From the NCBI GenBank assembly GCA_951406725.2, contig OX597815.1, positions 131,812,001-131,876,000 on the forward strand: 64,000 bases of DNA, written 5' to 3'. The stretch's first letter is position 1. Every line of letters starts with the position of its first letter. The notes beneath the pieces are model-generated. The model saw nothing but the letters and a program-made list of their open reading frames with translations. It searched no databases and was not told the DNA's origin. Made by a program: the position numbers and the translations under genes. This DNA is from Octopus vulgaris. Its lineage: Eukaryota. Positions 52,401-64,000 of this stretch are shown one piece after another.

Positions 52401-53420
52401 TTTTTGTGGGAGTGTTGCCGTTTTCTAATCTTTACACCACATAGGATCGTTGAGATTTTCGCGGATGCATAGTATAGGTGGTTGAGATTTGTGATATCAG
52501 CATCATTAGCTGTAATTATATCCTTAAGTGCAAGCCGGATTTTACCAATTATTTTCATGTTTTGGTTAGAGTTGCGGATTTTAGGGAGTGTATCACGTTC
52601 ATCCATGCTGGTTTCTTTACTTTTCAGCCATTCAATTATGATTTAGCTCATGTAGTTCTGTTGGGTCAATATTTGTGTGACTTTCTTTATCTATTTGATG
52701 TTCATCTGTCTTAGTGTTTATGATTGGTTCAGGGAATATTTCACTTTGCCTATCACTTATACTAACTCTTTCAATCCTTACTACGTTTTTATCAGCCCTG
52801 GGCTGGTCTATAATTATTTCCTCTGTATTATCTTCTCTAGCTGCAGTTTCGTTCATTTTATCCGATATTGCTCGTCTAACTTGATCAATCTCTACTTCAG
52901 TCAGTAATTTGTTTTTATAATGTTTCTCCTGACGTTGGCAAGTTTGTTACTGTCTTACTTCAGGGTGTTTCTGTCTCCAGTTTAAGTAGGTTTGTACAGT
53001 GTTAGATTTATCTGTGGGGAAATATATGGCATGGTAGAACTTCTTTATTATCTTCCCTAGACCATTTTCCTTCTTTTTCTTTTGATTATTTGGTGACGAG
53101 CATGGATGGCCATATGTTGGAATATTCTGGTTGTGGGGTATGTCCAGCTCCTGTGTGTTGGGAAGATTTGATCCAGTAGCTGATTTTTCAATCAGAATTT
53201 GGTTCAATTTTCGGGTACGTGGTCTTTTGTAATCCGCGAGACGATCAATGCGGGTTATAGTTTGATTTGTTGACATTGAAGCATGACGAGCTTCCATACT
53301 TACATTAGGAGATGGATCTGTCAGTTTAGGGTCCTCTACACGTAAGCATTGCTCGTAGCGCAGCTTCTTAAGCCTAGCAGATCTGTATTCGTCTGTATTT
53401 TTTTTTGTTGATAGTTTTAT
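49456..53420 (-). mobile_element. Near-full-length R4/Dong-clade non-LTR retrotransposon (RT, CCHC, RLE), frameshifted
   Basis: WKSPGKDKIPNFW, EQKGCKRG, WIDYKKAFDS, GILQGDSLSPLLF, YMDGLK (catalytic D lost), CRVC...HVVSKC, RHD, PDIIL..IDMTVP..KLSKYKDL. 3' end runs into (TAA)n, the known Dong target type. The 5' boundary is approximate. Confidence 0.93.
49706..50953 (-). pseudogene. Largest open segment of the Dong/R4 ORF (thumb, Zn knuckle, restriction-like endonuclease)
   Basis: 415-aa ORF: RLYLPRKEGGRGL, SETEGFIIAAQ, CCHC, PD-(D/E)xK. Confidence 0.9.
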
Positions 53421-53651
53421 CTCCGAACATTTTTTCCCTCCTTCTCTTACTTTTTTCCTCTCTCTTTCTCCCTATATCCTTCTTCCTCTTTTTCCTTCCT
53501 TCTTTTCCCTTCCTCTTTTAAACTTATAAAAGGCTCACCCTGCCTGTATTAGTTCGAAATAATGAGAATAAAATACGGAGAAAGAAAAGAAAAAAAGGGA
53601 TCTGTCAGTTATTATCTGTATGTATGTATGTCTATAGTTACGTATATATAA

Positions 53652-53698
<47 letters not shown>

Positions 53699-54439
53699 CT
53701 TATGCATGGATGTATGTAAATATGTATGCGTATGTGTGTGTGTTTTTGTTGTTTTGTGTGTATATTGTATTACTCTAATAAGTGGAGAACGGTACCAAAA
53801 GTTTCGACTAGAATGAAAACTGATCCAAATCGTGGTGTGCGTATCAGTATAAGTGGACATGTTGAAATGTTTTAACCGAGGAAGATTTCACGTGTTGGAT
53901 GCACTTCGTATTAAATCGTTTCAAAATATCAGTTTTTTAACTTCATTACTACAACATTATATAGGATACATACACACGGGTACACGCATACACTCACACA
54001 TTATATACCTTTCAACATATGAATGTCTACATGTATGTATCTATTCTACATAGACACATACATACACATATATGACTGTATATGAGTGTGTGAGCGTGTG
54101 TGTGTGAGCGTGTATGCCTGTCTTTAAAACTGACGTGGAATGAAATATCTTTTATCTCCAACAACTGTCCTAGATTCTAACATATGACGTGCTAGTCGAA
54201 AAATGCAGCTTCATCTCTTAGAATTTCGTCTCCGTGGGATTCTAGAAAATTATATTCATTTCTATATTTTTCACAATCAATGTAGGCTCAATTGATCTTA
54301 CGCAGCGCAAGACTGACCACTGTTTCATGGAACTAGCAATACATCATTCATTTATTTTATTAGTAGACACAAATATAATAGATGTTTCACACCAGAAAAA
54401 TACCTCTGAATATATATATAAATATATATATATGTATAT

Positions 54440-54495
<56 letters not shown>

Positions 54496-54505
54496 TATAT
54501 AATAA

Positions 54506-54552
<47 letters not shown>

Positions 54553-54558
<6 letters not shown>

Positions 54559-54628
54559 AAGGGCTAATTGCAACAAGTTGCTCAAAACCACAATTTTGAG
54601 CAACTGGTTGCAATTAACCCTTTATTAT
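54553..54628. repeat. Near-perfect 35-bp-arm hairpin
   Basis: ATAATAAAGGGCTAATTGCAACAAGTTGCTCAAAA-ccacaa-TTTTGAGCAACTGGTTGCAATTAACCCTTTATTAT. Confidence 0.9.
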
Positions 54629-54728
54629 AATTAATATAATCCTTACCAAATATGGTCTTTTCCATACCGGTAAAACTACTAGGTGAAATTTATTAATTTT
54701 ATAAATTAATTATATTTCACCCTTTTTG

Positions 54729-54755
<27 letters not shown>

Positions 54756-54760
<5 letters not shown>

Positions 54761-55977
54761 TAAATTAGAGAAAAAAACCCTATTAGGCAAATCAAACAAT
54801 GAAAGACTTAAGCCAATACATAAGATTATTTAATTTATATTATTTAAATATATAACAAAATTATTAAAAAAATATAATTAATATCACACTACGATCGTTT
54901 CATGCCTGCTAACATCTATATAAGACGTTTTATTATATATAAGACGTTTTTTGATTCAAAATTTTAGTTCATTGTTTAAACCTCGCCAAGAAAAGTATGT
55001 ATCTTTTTAAGATCTTCAAATTGTAAATTTTAATATTGTATAAGCCTTTGGAGTAATAATATTCTCCTTAGGTAAATATTGTTCTTTATGTAATGATCTA
55101 ATTATCGTAATTTTCTATGTTATTAGATATTAAATAAATTTGATAAACTTTGATAAAATTGGATATGTTTCGACTAAAGATTGGTCTAAGCCATGTCTAA
55201 TTTAATAGCATAATTTATATTAGATAATTATTCCCATTCATAATTATATTTATAGTACTTATAGTATTTATTTAATACTATATTACTAAGAATTGAATAT
55301 TTCTATAAGTATTTTACATAAGATTTGAAAGTCAGTTTAAGTTAGTTTATTTGTATTTTGAAATTAGCTATTTCATCTTTAAATATGAAAAATTAAATTT
55401 ATTAGGTTTTCACTATATACAATTATTTATAGAGATTATTTTAGATCTTGATTATAATATTTATATATATTTTCATTGATAATTTATATATATTAGTCAT
55501 TTTAAATATTTATGTAATTAGATATAGACTAATATTGATATTAGATTATGGGTTTTCTACCTTATAAATTAAAGTTAATATTTAACATTATAGTCGATTT
55601 CGATATAATCATATTTAATAATAGATTTTATTATAAGTAAAATTATTATATTATATATATTAGTTATATCTTAAAAATATTGATTATATTTTAGATATTT
55701 AAACCACCTGATGAATGACTGCGACTCAAAAATTTGAAGATGTTAGCAGGCATGAAACGATCGTAGTGTGATATTAATTATATTTTTTTAATAATTTGTT
55801 ATATATTTAAATAATATAAATTAAATAATCTTATGTATTGGCTTAAGTTTTTCATTGTTTGATTTGCCTAATAGTGGTTTTGTCTCTAATTTAATATAAT
55901 ATAATATTTTACTATAAAATTGGATTCAATCCTAAATCTGATTTTTCCCTGTAAGTTTGGATTTATTCCCTAATATT

Positions 55978-55980
<3 letters not shown>
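54756..55980 (+). mobile_element. AT-rich non-coding PLE-like element with ~160-bp inverted repeats and an HHR, in (TA)n
   Basis: 54756-54917 is the reverse complement of 55738-55897; the right copy overlaps a complete HHR; TA tracts on both sides. Confidence 0.75.
55705..55768 (+). ncRNA. Type I hammerhead ribozyme, intact core
   Basis: CAC-CTGATGA-ATG-a-CTGC...GCAG-g-CAT-GAAA-CGATCG-TA-GTG; palindromic ACGATCGT stem III, GUA triplet. Confidence 0.85.
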
Positions 55981-56038
<58 letters not shown>

Positions 56039-56943
56039 TGTGTATATATATATATATGTATATATGTATATATATATAAAAGCTTTCACTTCCACACACG
56101 CGACCTTAATTTAATTCGTCCATAGTCGAATGACACGTGTTGTTTATACTTGTAATTGTGTACAATATCTCCATTTTTGTAGCCCTAGTTTTTGTATACA
56201 TCCGCTTGCTTTCATCCAAGGAGTCTAGTGCTCTTAGCGTAGATTTTCTTGGGGCCAGCCATATGGGAGCAGTCACAAGTATAGCCTGCCGAAACTGTAA
56301 AGACGATGTGGAACTCGACTGAGGATAGGAAGCTCCTATTGACCCGTCCTTCTTTTTTCCTGTCCTATTTTTTATCGTCTAACTGTCCGGATGTTTTTGC
56401 CGCCTGTTACCTTCTTGTTCAATTTTTGTTATCTTTATATGTATATTATATATATATATATATGCAAAGTGATATTCCCAGAAATGGTTTCAAGAGTTAT
56501 ATAACCCTGGCAGTTACACTGTTAACTCTGGCATCCGTTTTCAAAAACGGCTAGCCACACCGAATATTGGTGATACTCAAATTAGTGATGGCTTACATGA
56601 CTCGGTTATTATCCTCGCTTGGTAGATCCGAATGTTCTTTTAGGGACTGCATTGTTACCATAGAAAATATAACGGATTCCTATTCGGTCAGTCTCAGGTT
56701 TTATTTTAGATGATCTTCAAACGGAAGTATACAGGGGTTCCTGAAGAAGCTGCAGCAAAAATTAACACTAAGATGCACACTTAACAGTCTGCAACGGATA
56801 CAACCGAAATGTGAGTAGGTTCAAGCGATGAGCGATGTAAATAACTGTATAATACATGGATGTGAAATTCTCTGTTCTCCTTCTCTTCATTAATTTCACT
56901 ATAAATACATACATATATACATACATATACACACGCACAAACA

Positions 56944-56994
<51 letters not shown>

Positions 56995-59757
56995 CACATA
57001 TATATATGTATGATGTTACAATGAAAATTTCGTTGAAAATATTCCATATGTCGTTGCTATTATGCCAAAGTGCTGTAAGTTCAAAACGTTCCTTTTTCAG
57101 AAAAAGAGAAAAATATTTTAAACATTCTATAGCAATTCCGTTGTACTACACTTTGACAATGTTTGGTATCTTCGCATCTGAAGCAGCTGGAGCTAAGATA
57201 GCCTGACCAAAAGAACTGGTTATTGCAAGCAAAAGTAAATATTGAAAATAAAGCATTGGGCCAAATTTGAACATACGACAGTTTAACATAATTAGCTATG
57301 ATGTGAAAATTTTTCAACTTTCCATGTAAAATTATCAGCTATTCATAGGGGATCTCATCTAAGAAAGATTTAATGTAACATCCAGACAACTATTATTATT
57401 TCTCGAGACAGACATATTTCACACTAATATACATATACAATAAAGGAGCTCAAACGTGCTACTAAACCAAATGAATAAATCTGAACCTTCCCTCTTTAGT
57501 AATCTGACGTATTCTTTATTTATGAAATGGATCGATAATCTAGTGCTCTTCACAAAAAAATATCTTGTACAGTAAAACAGTAAAATTGTTTAGTTTTAAT
57601 CTTTTCCAGTCAAATGTCAATTTGGCTATATATATTGACCTAGTATTATGTTCATTTGCACAATTACAGTCATTAATGTGTATGGTAAACACAACTTAAT
57701 GGTAAAGTCGTAATATTTCGTAAAGTATTAATGGTATATATATAATGGTTTTAATACTAATGGCTATATATTCCCATGATTCGATAGAATAAAAAGAAAA
57801 GCATATAATTCTCGTCAGAAAATAGATTTACCTCCATGTTTCAATTGTAAATAATAACAACAAACAATAAAAATAAAAATGGCAACAAGATTATTATCAT
57901 CATCATCATTATTACCTTTAAAATTATCATCTATATTTGAACCGGGAAGCCGATTTCATCTTCTGACGCAAATGATGGGATTTGGTTATTACTATATACA
58001 ATTAACTCAATGTACACAGCCATTAGTATAAAAATCATTAATTGTGTTGGAAAGTTTACCGTTTCACTGTTAATTTGTGTCTACCAAAACGCTAATGGCC
58101 ATTATTTTCCAGACAAATATAACAGGCATATATATATATATATAATATAATGTAATATAATATAATATAATATATAATATATATATATGTGTATCCCAAT
58201 TGACTCTTTGCTGGAAGAGATCATATATACACTTCCACCGTACACACAAATGCATAGATATGTAGTTACTTTCCCATACACAAATACATACATGGACACA
58301 TATACAGTTATTCCTATACCCGCATTCACAAACATACACACAAATAAGGACTATTCCTGAGCACGATTTTGGCTCGGACCCCAGGGTTTTAGCTACATCC
58401 CTGGACATATTTAAAACTAAAGTAAACCCAGAGATGCTTCTATACTGCTTTGGTTCAGTGGTGAGCAGTACAATATTGGCGACTTTATGACACTTAATTA
58501 TTTCTGAGAACTAACAAGATGTAAACTAAAAGGTATAACAATGGACATAGAAGTAAAGGGCGTAAACAAATTGGATGCTGCTTGGTGATTTATAATTATC
58601 CTACTCAAAAATACAATTAGATAGCAATAAGTGACAATAATTCATATTTTTTGGAATTCCTTCGATTTTTACATGCTGGTTTGGGATAAGAAAACTTTGA
58701 GAAACATCTTTTTATTAATCATAACTTTTCCCTCCGAATGAAAACCATGAAACTTGAAGTGATTGTCAGTTTTCTCTTTATGGAAAAGATGTCTTCAGCA
58801 AGAAAGAAGTTTTTATACTATGAACTGACTTAAATTCTCATTCTAATGGTTTTTAAAATTCAAATTGAAATTTGCAAGGGGCAAAAAACTTTTTTTTTAA
58901 TGAAAACTGCATTTGAAAAGTTTTATTCTGCGATATATAAACAAAATTATGCAAAACTGGATTGGAAATGCGGAGATATGATATATTGAAAACCAAAAGT
59001 CAAAAGCCAGGATAGCAAAAGGTCTGAGGATTCCAGAAAATTATTAAAGATTCATTGATTCATGATCGGATGAAGATTTAAGCAATAAAAGAAAACATCA
59101 TCAAAATCAGCAGCATTAATCTTCCACAAGATATAAGAATGTTTTGGCTCAACAAGCTTCCGTATGATCAATTTTATATATACGAATAAATATTTATTGA
59201 TATTATCGCATTAGTTCGTGTACATGTGTATACACATATATATATATGTATATATGTATGCGTTTATGTATGTATATAAATATGTATGTATGCATATATA
59301 TATATGTATGTATATGTGTGTATGTATGCATGTGAATATGCATAATATATGTATTTGTATGTGTTTAGATGTGTGTGTGTACCACTGTCTCCATGTGTGT
59401 GCATGTCTGAGTGTGTCTATGTGGGGTTTTGTGACTATGCACGTGCATCTGTTGTCCATAGATGTGTGTCTCCCTATGTGTCCTTGTGTATGTGTGTGAA
59501 GTGTGACTGCGTGCACATGGTTATGTTTCATTATTCATTTGTGTATATATATGTATCTGTGTGTGTGCTTGTTTGTCCATATTACTTATGTACTTTTCTA
59601 ATCTATTTATCTGTTTACTTACATATCCAATTACCCCACACACACACAAACACTCACACACACATAAACGCCTAAATAACAGCCTTCTAAAAGTCCACTT
59701 GTGTATATATAAACTGTGGGTATTGGGGTATGATTACCTTCTACCTATATTTCCTAT

Positions 59758-60190
59758 TTAGTACTGGAGATGTTTCATTATGAGGACCCACTCCTGTATT
59801 TGTCTGAGTGTTAGGTCCTGCAGGTGCTTGGATAAAATGTGCATGTCAAGTTGAGCACGTGTGCCTCCATAATGGTCTTTGGCATGTAAGTAGAGTATGG
59901 ACGCCTGTTTTTTGTTGTCGTCATATTGTCTCAAATGTACATTTAGTCTTTCCGCAATGCTTGTAAATGTTTCACCTATGTATATCACGTTCTAGTCTTT
60001 AAAAACACCCTCTATGCACCTTATGCCTTAGACTACATTTCTAGTTCTACTATTAATGTCAAGATTATATTTTTTCTTTACCTTATACTTTATTTCTTGA
60101 TTATACCAATATTGAATATATAGCTTTTATGCATTCTTTGGTTGGATTGAACCGGCGAACGTGGCTGCTTAACATCCCTTTCAAGGATTT
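59758..60190 (-). mobile_element. Penelope GIY-YIG endonuclease relic
   Basis: RTRNVV*GIRC...IYIGETFTSIAERLNVH...SILYLHAKDH...LRQIQEWVLI. Confidence 0.75.
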
Positions 60191-60625
60191 TGGTACTTAT
60201 TTCTGTTATATATATTTCCTGCCCTGTATATTCTCAGCACTACATTCTACATTTCAGTAAATGTTTTAAGAACGTCTCCATCTGAAACAAAAGACCTCTG
60301 ATATCTAGCGATGCAGACAGTATGAATCATTCAGTACGAGTTACAGATACATTGCTGTGTTATAGAGGAGAGAAAATATCCAGTGATTCCTGTCCACTAT
60401 CGTATACCAATGTACAAACAACTTGCACACTTAACTGAATGATTCTAACTATCGCAGACCAGTCATCAGCTTCCTCACATCCTGGTTTTACCAAATGAAT
60501 AAACTTTGTTAACACTAGGATATTGAGAATAAACCCTTTATCATCTCCTTATAAATTGCTAACGCAATATTCACAATATAAATAGCTGTAAATAATTATC
60601 ATCGATTTTAAATGTTCTTACTTAC

Positions 60626-60649
60626 CTTATTACATGCTCTTATCAGCTC
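60626..60649 (-). other. Candidate 24-nt micro-exon (ELIRACNK)
   Basis: (CT)n tract, then gaacacttcag|GAGCTGATAAGAGCATGTAATAAG|gtaagtaag. Confidence 0.3.
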
Positions 60650-60660
60650 CTGAAGTGTTC

Positions 60661-60731
<71 letters not shown>

Positions 60732-62149
60732 TACACACAGATACATACAAGTATATTTACGAAATATATTTGTTCGTGGCTTTGTTAAACTGGAGACTAT
60801 TGATTCAATTTGCGTTCAAAATCACAATACATGCAACTACAACATCAGTCATTTGTCGGAAAGGTGTGCTGTTCTGTGACTGAATCGATCGTCTTTTCTT
60901 AACAATATGAAAATTATGTTGTCTGTTTTGGAACTGAGTCATGAAGTAAACACCAAATGTTTATGGCTGAATATCATTCGATCCATATAAACGACGAATT
61001 ACATTAATATAAACCCACATTGTCTTTTGCTGCTGCTGCATCTATCGGAGCTGGGTAGGTGAAGTCAAAATACACTTCGGTGTGTTTTGAATTCAGAATG
61101 CTGAAAGCCGTCAGTAAAAACCTGTAAGCAGTTTGTCCAACTTTACGATAGGTCTTCCAATCCATAACTTTGATTATTTTGTTAAAAGAGATATTTTATA
61201 ATTTGCAAATGGACAGTAGAATTAGTATCACATTTTCTCTTTGTAAACATTATAATAATATAATAAACCTCGTGTTTGTATTTGGTTTGCAAGGTTCTTG
61301 ATGTGGATTCGTATACTGAAACAAATTTTGGTGCGTTGGGATAGTCATTACGCCAATAATAATTACACACACTTAGGTACAATATCACTTTTTTATTGTT
61401 AATCAATCAGTTAGATATCCTACCAGCGAACAACCGAGAGGGGAAGTCAGGAATTTACAGACTTCGTAGCGAACGGTGACGGAAGAAATTTGCCTTACAA
61501 AGAACCAATTGAATATTTAACCAGCACATGAAGCAAACGATCAATTAATTAGATGATAAGATATTTAACCGACTGACTAGTAATAAAGAAGTGGAACTTA
61601 ACCAGTGCCTGTGTTATTATTGGCACAACGCCTGCCTCAACTTAACAGAATTCGATAACAGATACACTTTAAAACTATAAAATAAAAATAATTTAATATT
61701 ATTAATAAGAATACCGCATGCATGTATGAATTCAATGCATTCATTTATTCAGATACATGATTTCCATAAATATGTTGTAGCGTAGGATTCGTCTTTGTCA
61801 GAGACACGTTTCTATCATATCCAAATGCTTTGCTAAGAGAATGTTTATGTATTCAGTTTAGTAAAACTATAAATATTGTTTTAGTTTATTGCTATACAAT
61901 GCAATTATTTATCTCATAGATTAGTAAAATAATTGGCACAAGTGTGCTTCAAACAATTCAGGCAATTGCTTCCCTATCTTGAAACATGTGCATGTTGAAA
62001 AGAAATATTTGATAATATATACAAAGTGAAATAGATGACCCGAAAATATTCAATAATTAAAATAGTATAATGAAAACAAACAGAATCAAAATTGAAGCAT
62101 GATTATAAAACAGATACACCATAAAAGAATAATAGTATTACTCATATCA

Positions 62150-62560
62150 GGCATACGGGTAATTTGGAAATGCTTCACCGAGTGACGACCGAGCTCCGCA
62201 TAGTTACGGGTTGCTCTTTGGCTGTCAATTATACGGCGAAGTCATGTGACTGCTGCATGGTGAATAGTGAAGAGTTGAAATGAGCCAACGGTGCTTATTA
62301 CACGAATGCTGAACAGACGAATCCTAGAAGATCGACGGTGAGGATCACCAAAGTCTACTAAAAGAGTAACTGCAACGCATCAATAGGAGCAACATCCACG
62401 ATTGTGTAACCAGCTAAATCAGCTAATTAGCTAATGCGAGGTCCACAATGACTCAAGGTCCTAAATCAAATTCAATAATAATAGGTAGAGAGAGTCATGG
62501 CAATCCGCGAAGCAGTACAAAGAAAATCAACAATATGTATTTTCCAGACAAATTTGTTAG
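62150..62560 (+). mobile_element. Possible RTE-type LINE relic
   Basis: GC-richer patch with a frameshifted ANGAY-TRML, resembling LDGAYTRML. Confidence 0.35.
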
Positions 62561-64000
62561 AAAGTGGAGACTGAAATGGAAATATAGAAGATGAATACAC
62601 AAAGATTTCGTGCAATTGTTTCGCTCATCATGCTGCCTTTAAAGATCTATTTAAACTTAAGATGTTTCAAGAATAATATAAACTCCGAAACACGCTTCAA
62701 TTTTGTGCAGCATTCAAAGATCTTGCATGTCAAATTCCCATCATTGTACAAATTCTCTGCGAATGAACGAAATCATTAAAGAGCTGAGATCCATTTTATT
62801 GTCTACAGCAATAAACTTGGAAATATTCAAATTCATCTACATCATGATCACATATAGATTTCCTGTTATCTCAATGAAGATAAACTTAAATAAAACAATT
62901 ATATTAACATTATACTCTCATGCTGTTAAATAGAATCACATTTAAACAATTTTATACAATTTTAGGCATAAAATTCAATTGGTACGTGCGATCTCATATT
63001 AATGCACTTCTACACTATACATACGTTTAGTTGAGAATGAATTCATTAGAATTCGTATATTCAATCAAATATAAATATATGATGCATAATCACGTATGAA
63101 TTTTAATGCGTATTTAATCAAATGTTTCTTGATAAAATATTACGTTATATAGAGTGAATCAATAATGAACTGAACTTCGTCACATATGGAAATTCCTGTG
63201 GCTTTGAACATTGAATTTCCTGAGTGATGCTAAACAAAAGTAATAAAAATAATAGTGAAAGTGCGAAATGACAAGGAGTGTATAAATTGTGAAGTAAATA
63301 GATAGATATATCTTGACTTGATTGTTATTGAAGTTACTATCTCTCTCTCTCTCTCTTCTCCTCTCTCTATCTCTCTCTCTCCCCCTCTCTCTCTCTCTCT
63401 CACTTCCAACAATAAACCTTATATGCATTCAAACGTGTTGCACCTCACAGATTCTGAAGCTACTTACTCCGCAGTATAACGTTAAATTGGAGGAAATATA
63501 AACTTCCATTATTATATTAGTTAATAACAGCATAACAATTCAAAACATTTTAATCTTAATGGAATTTGATGAACTGAAAAGAAAGTTTGAAACCACTTGA
63601 CGACCATAGATAGAATTTCAAGATCCGAGAGTTGATCAGTATCACTTGATATAGAGTTAATAGGAATTACACATACGCAAAAAGAAGTGAAGATACAAGA
63701 TTAATAAAACAGAAAGCATAATTGGTAAGAACGAGCTGCAATTGTTTATCAGATCAGAACCTTTACTGGAATTCGAACAATTCCAGGATTTGATATTTTA
63801 ATAATGATAGTATTAACAATAAGAACAATATTTTCAATGACAGTCAAGTGCTGATGATAGAAAATATGAAAATAGGAGACTAGAATCGAATTTCTTGTAG
63901 AGCTTCTACAGAAAGTTTGCCTCTTGGGAAGAGGAAAGATTATCAGGTGGGTTCTAAGTATTTGAAAGAATATTGAAAGCTAATGGATACCTAAGTTTAC

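Noticed and set aside
56240-56305. GGC...GCC-GAAAC-T-GTA-AAGA hammerhead-like 3' half
   Set aside because: No CUGANGA box in this copy; too decayed to call
60435-60475. Minus-strand CTGATGA
   Set aside because: No GAAA and no convincing stems

Overview
AT-rich, microsatellite-saturated animal genomic DNA. The SINE families and repeat landscape point to an octopus/coleoid cephalopod intron or intergenic region; this assignment is an inference from recalled repeat families, not a database hit. I find no intact host protein-coding gene: almost all listed ORFs are read-throughs of (TA)n, (CA)n, (AAT)n and (CATA)n tracts or transposon relics. Recognisable contents: a near-full-length frameshifted R4/Dong-clade RLE LINE (49.5-53.4 kb) plus three more RLE relics; four Penelope-like (PLE) RT/GIY-YIG relics; RTE, CR1-like and L1/Tx1-like LINE pieces; Tc1, DD41D-like mariner, piggyBac and Helitron pieces; and many tRNA-derived SINEs of three families. 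The strongest signal is invisible to the ORF track: about a dozen type I hammerhead ribozyme (HHR) motifs from several unrelated small non-coding elements, mostly lodged in (TA)n/(AAT)n tracts. Motifs at 1784-1847, 38617-38737 and 55705-55768 keep a full catalytic core. A compact 837-bp element (2530-3366) has two ~99% identical 284-bp direct repeats, each carrying an HHR, with cleavage sites 552 nt apart. This is a retrozyme-like architecture predicted to release a 552-nt, possibly circular, RNA. A 24-nt candidate micro-exon (60626-60649, minus) is the only hint of a host gene.
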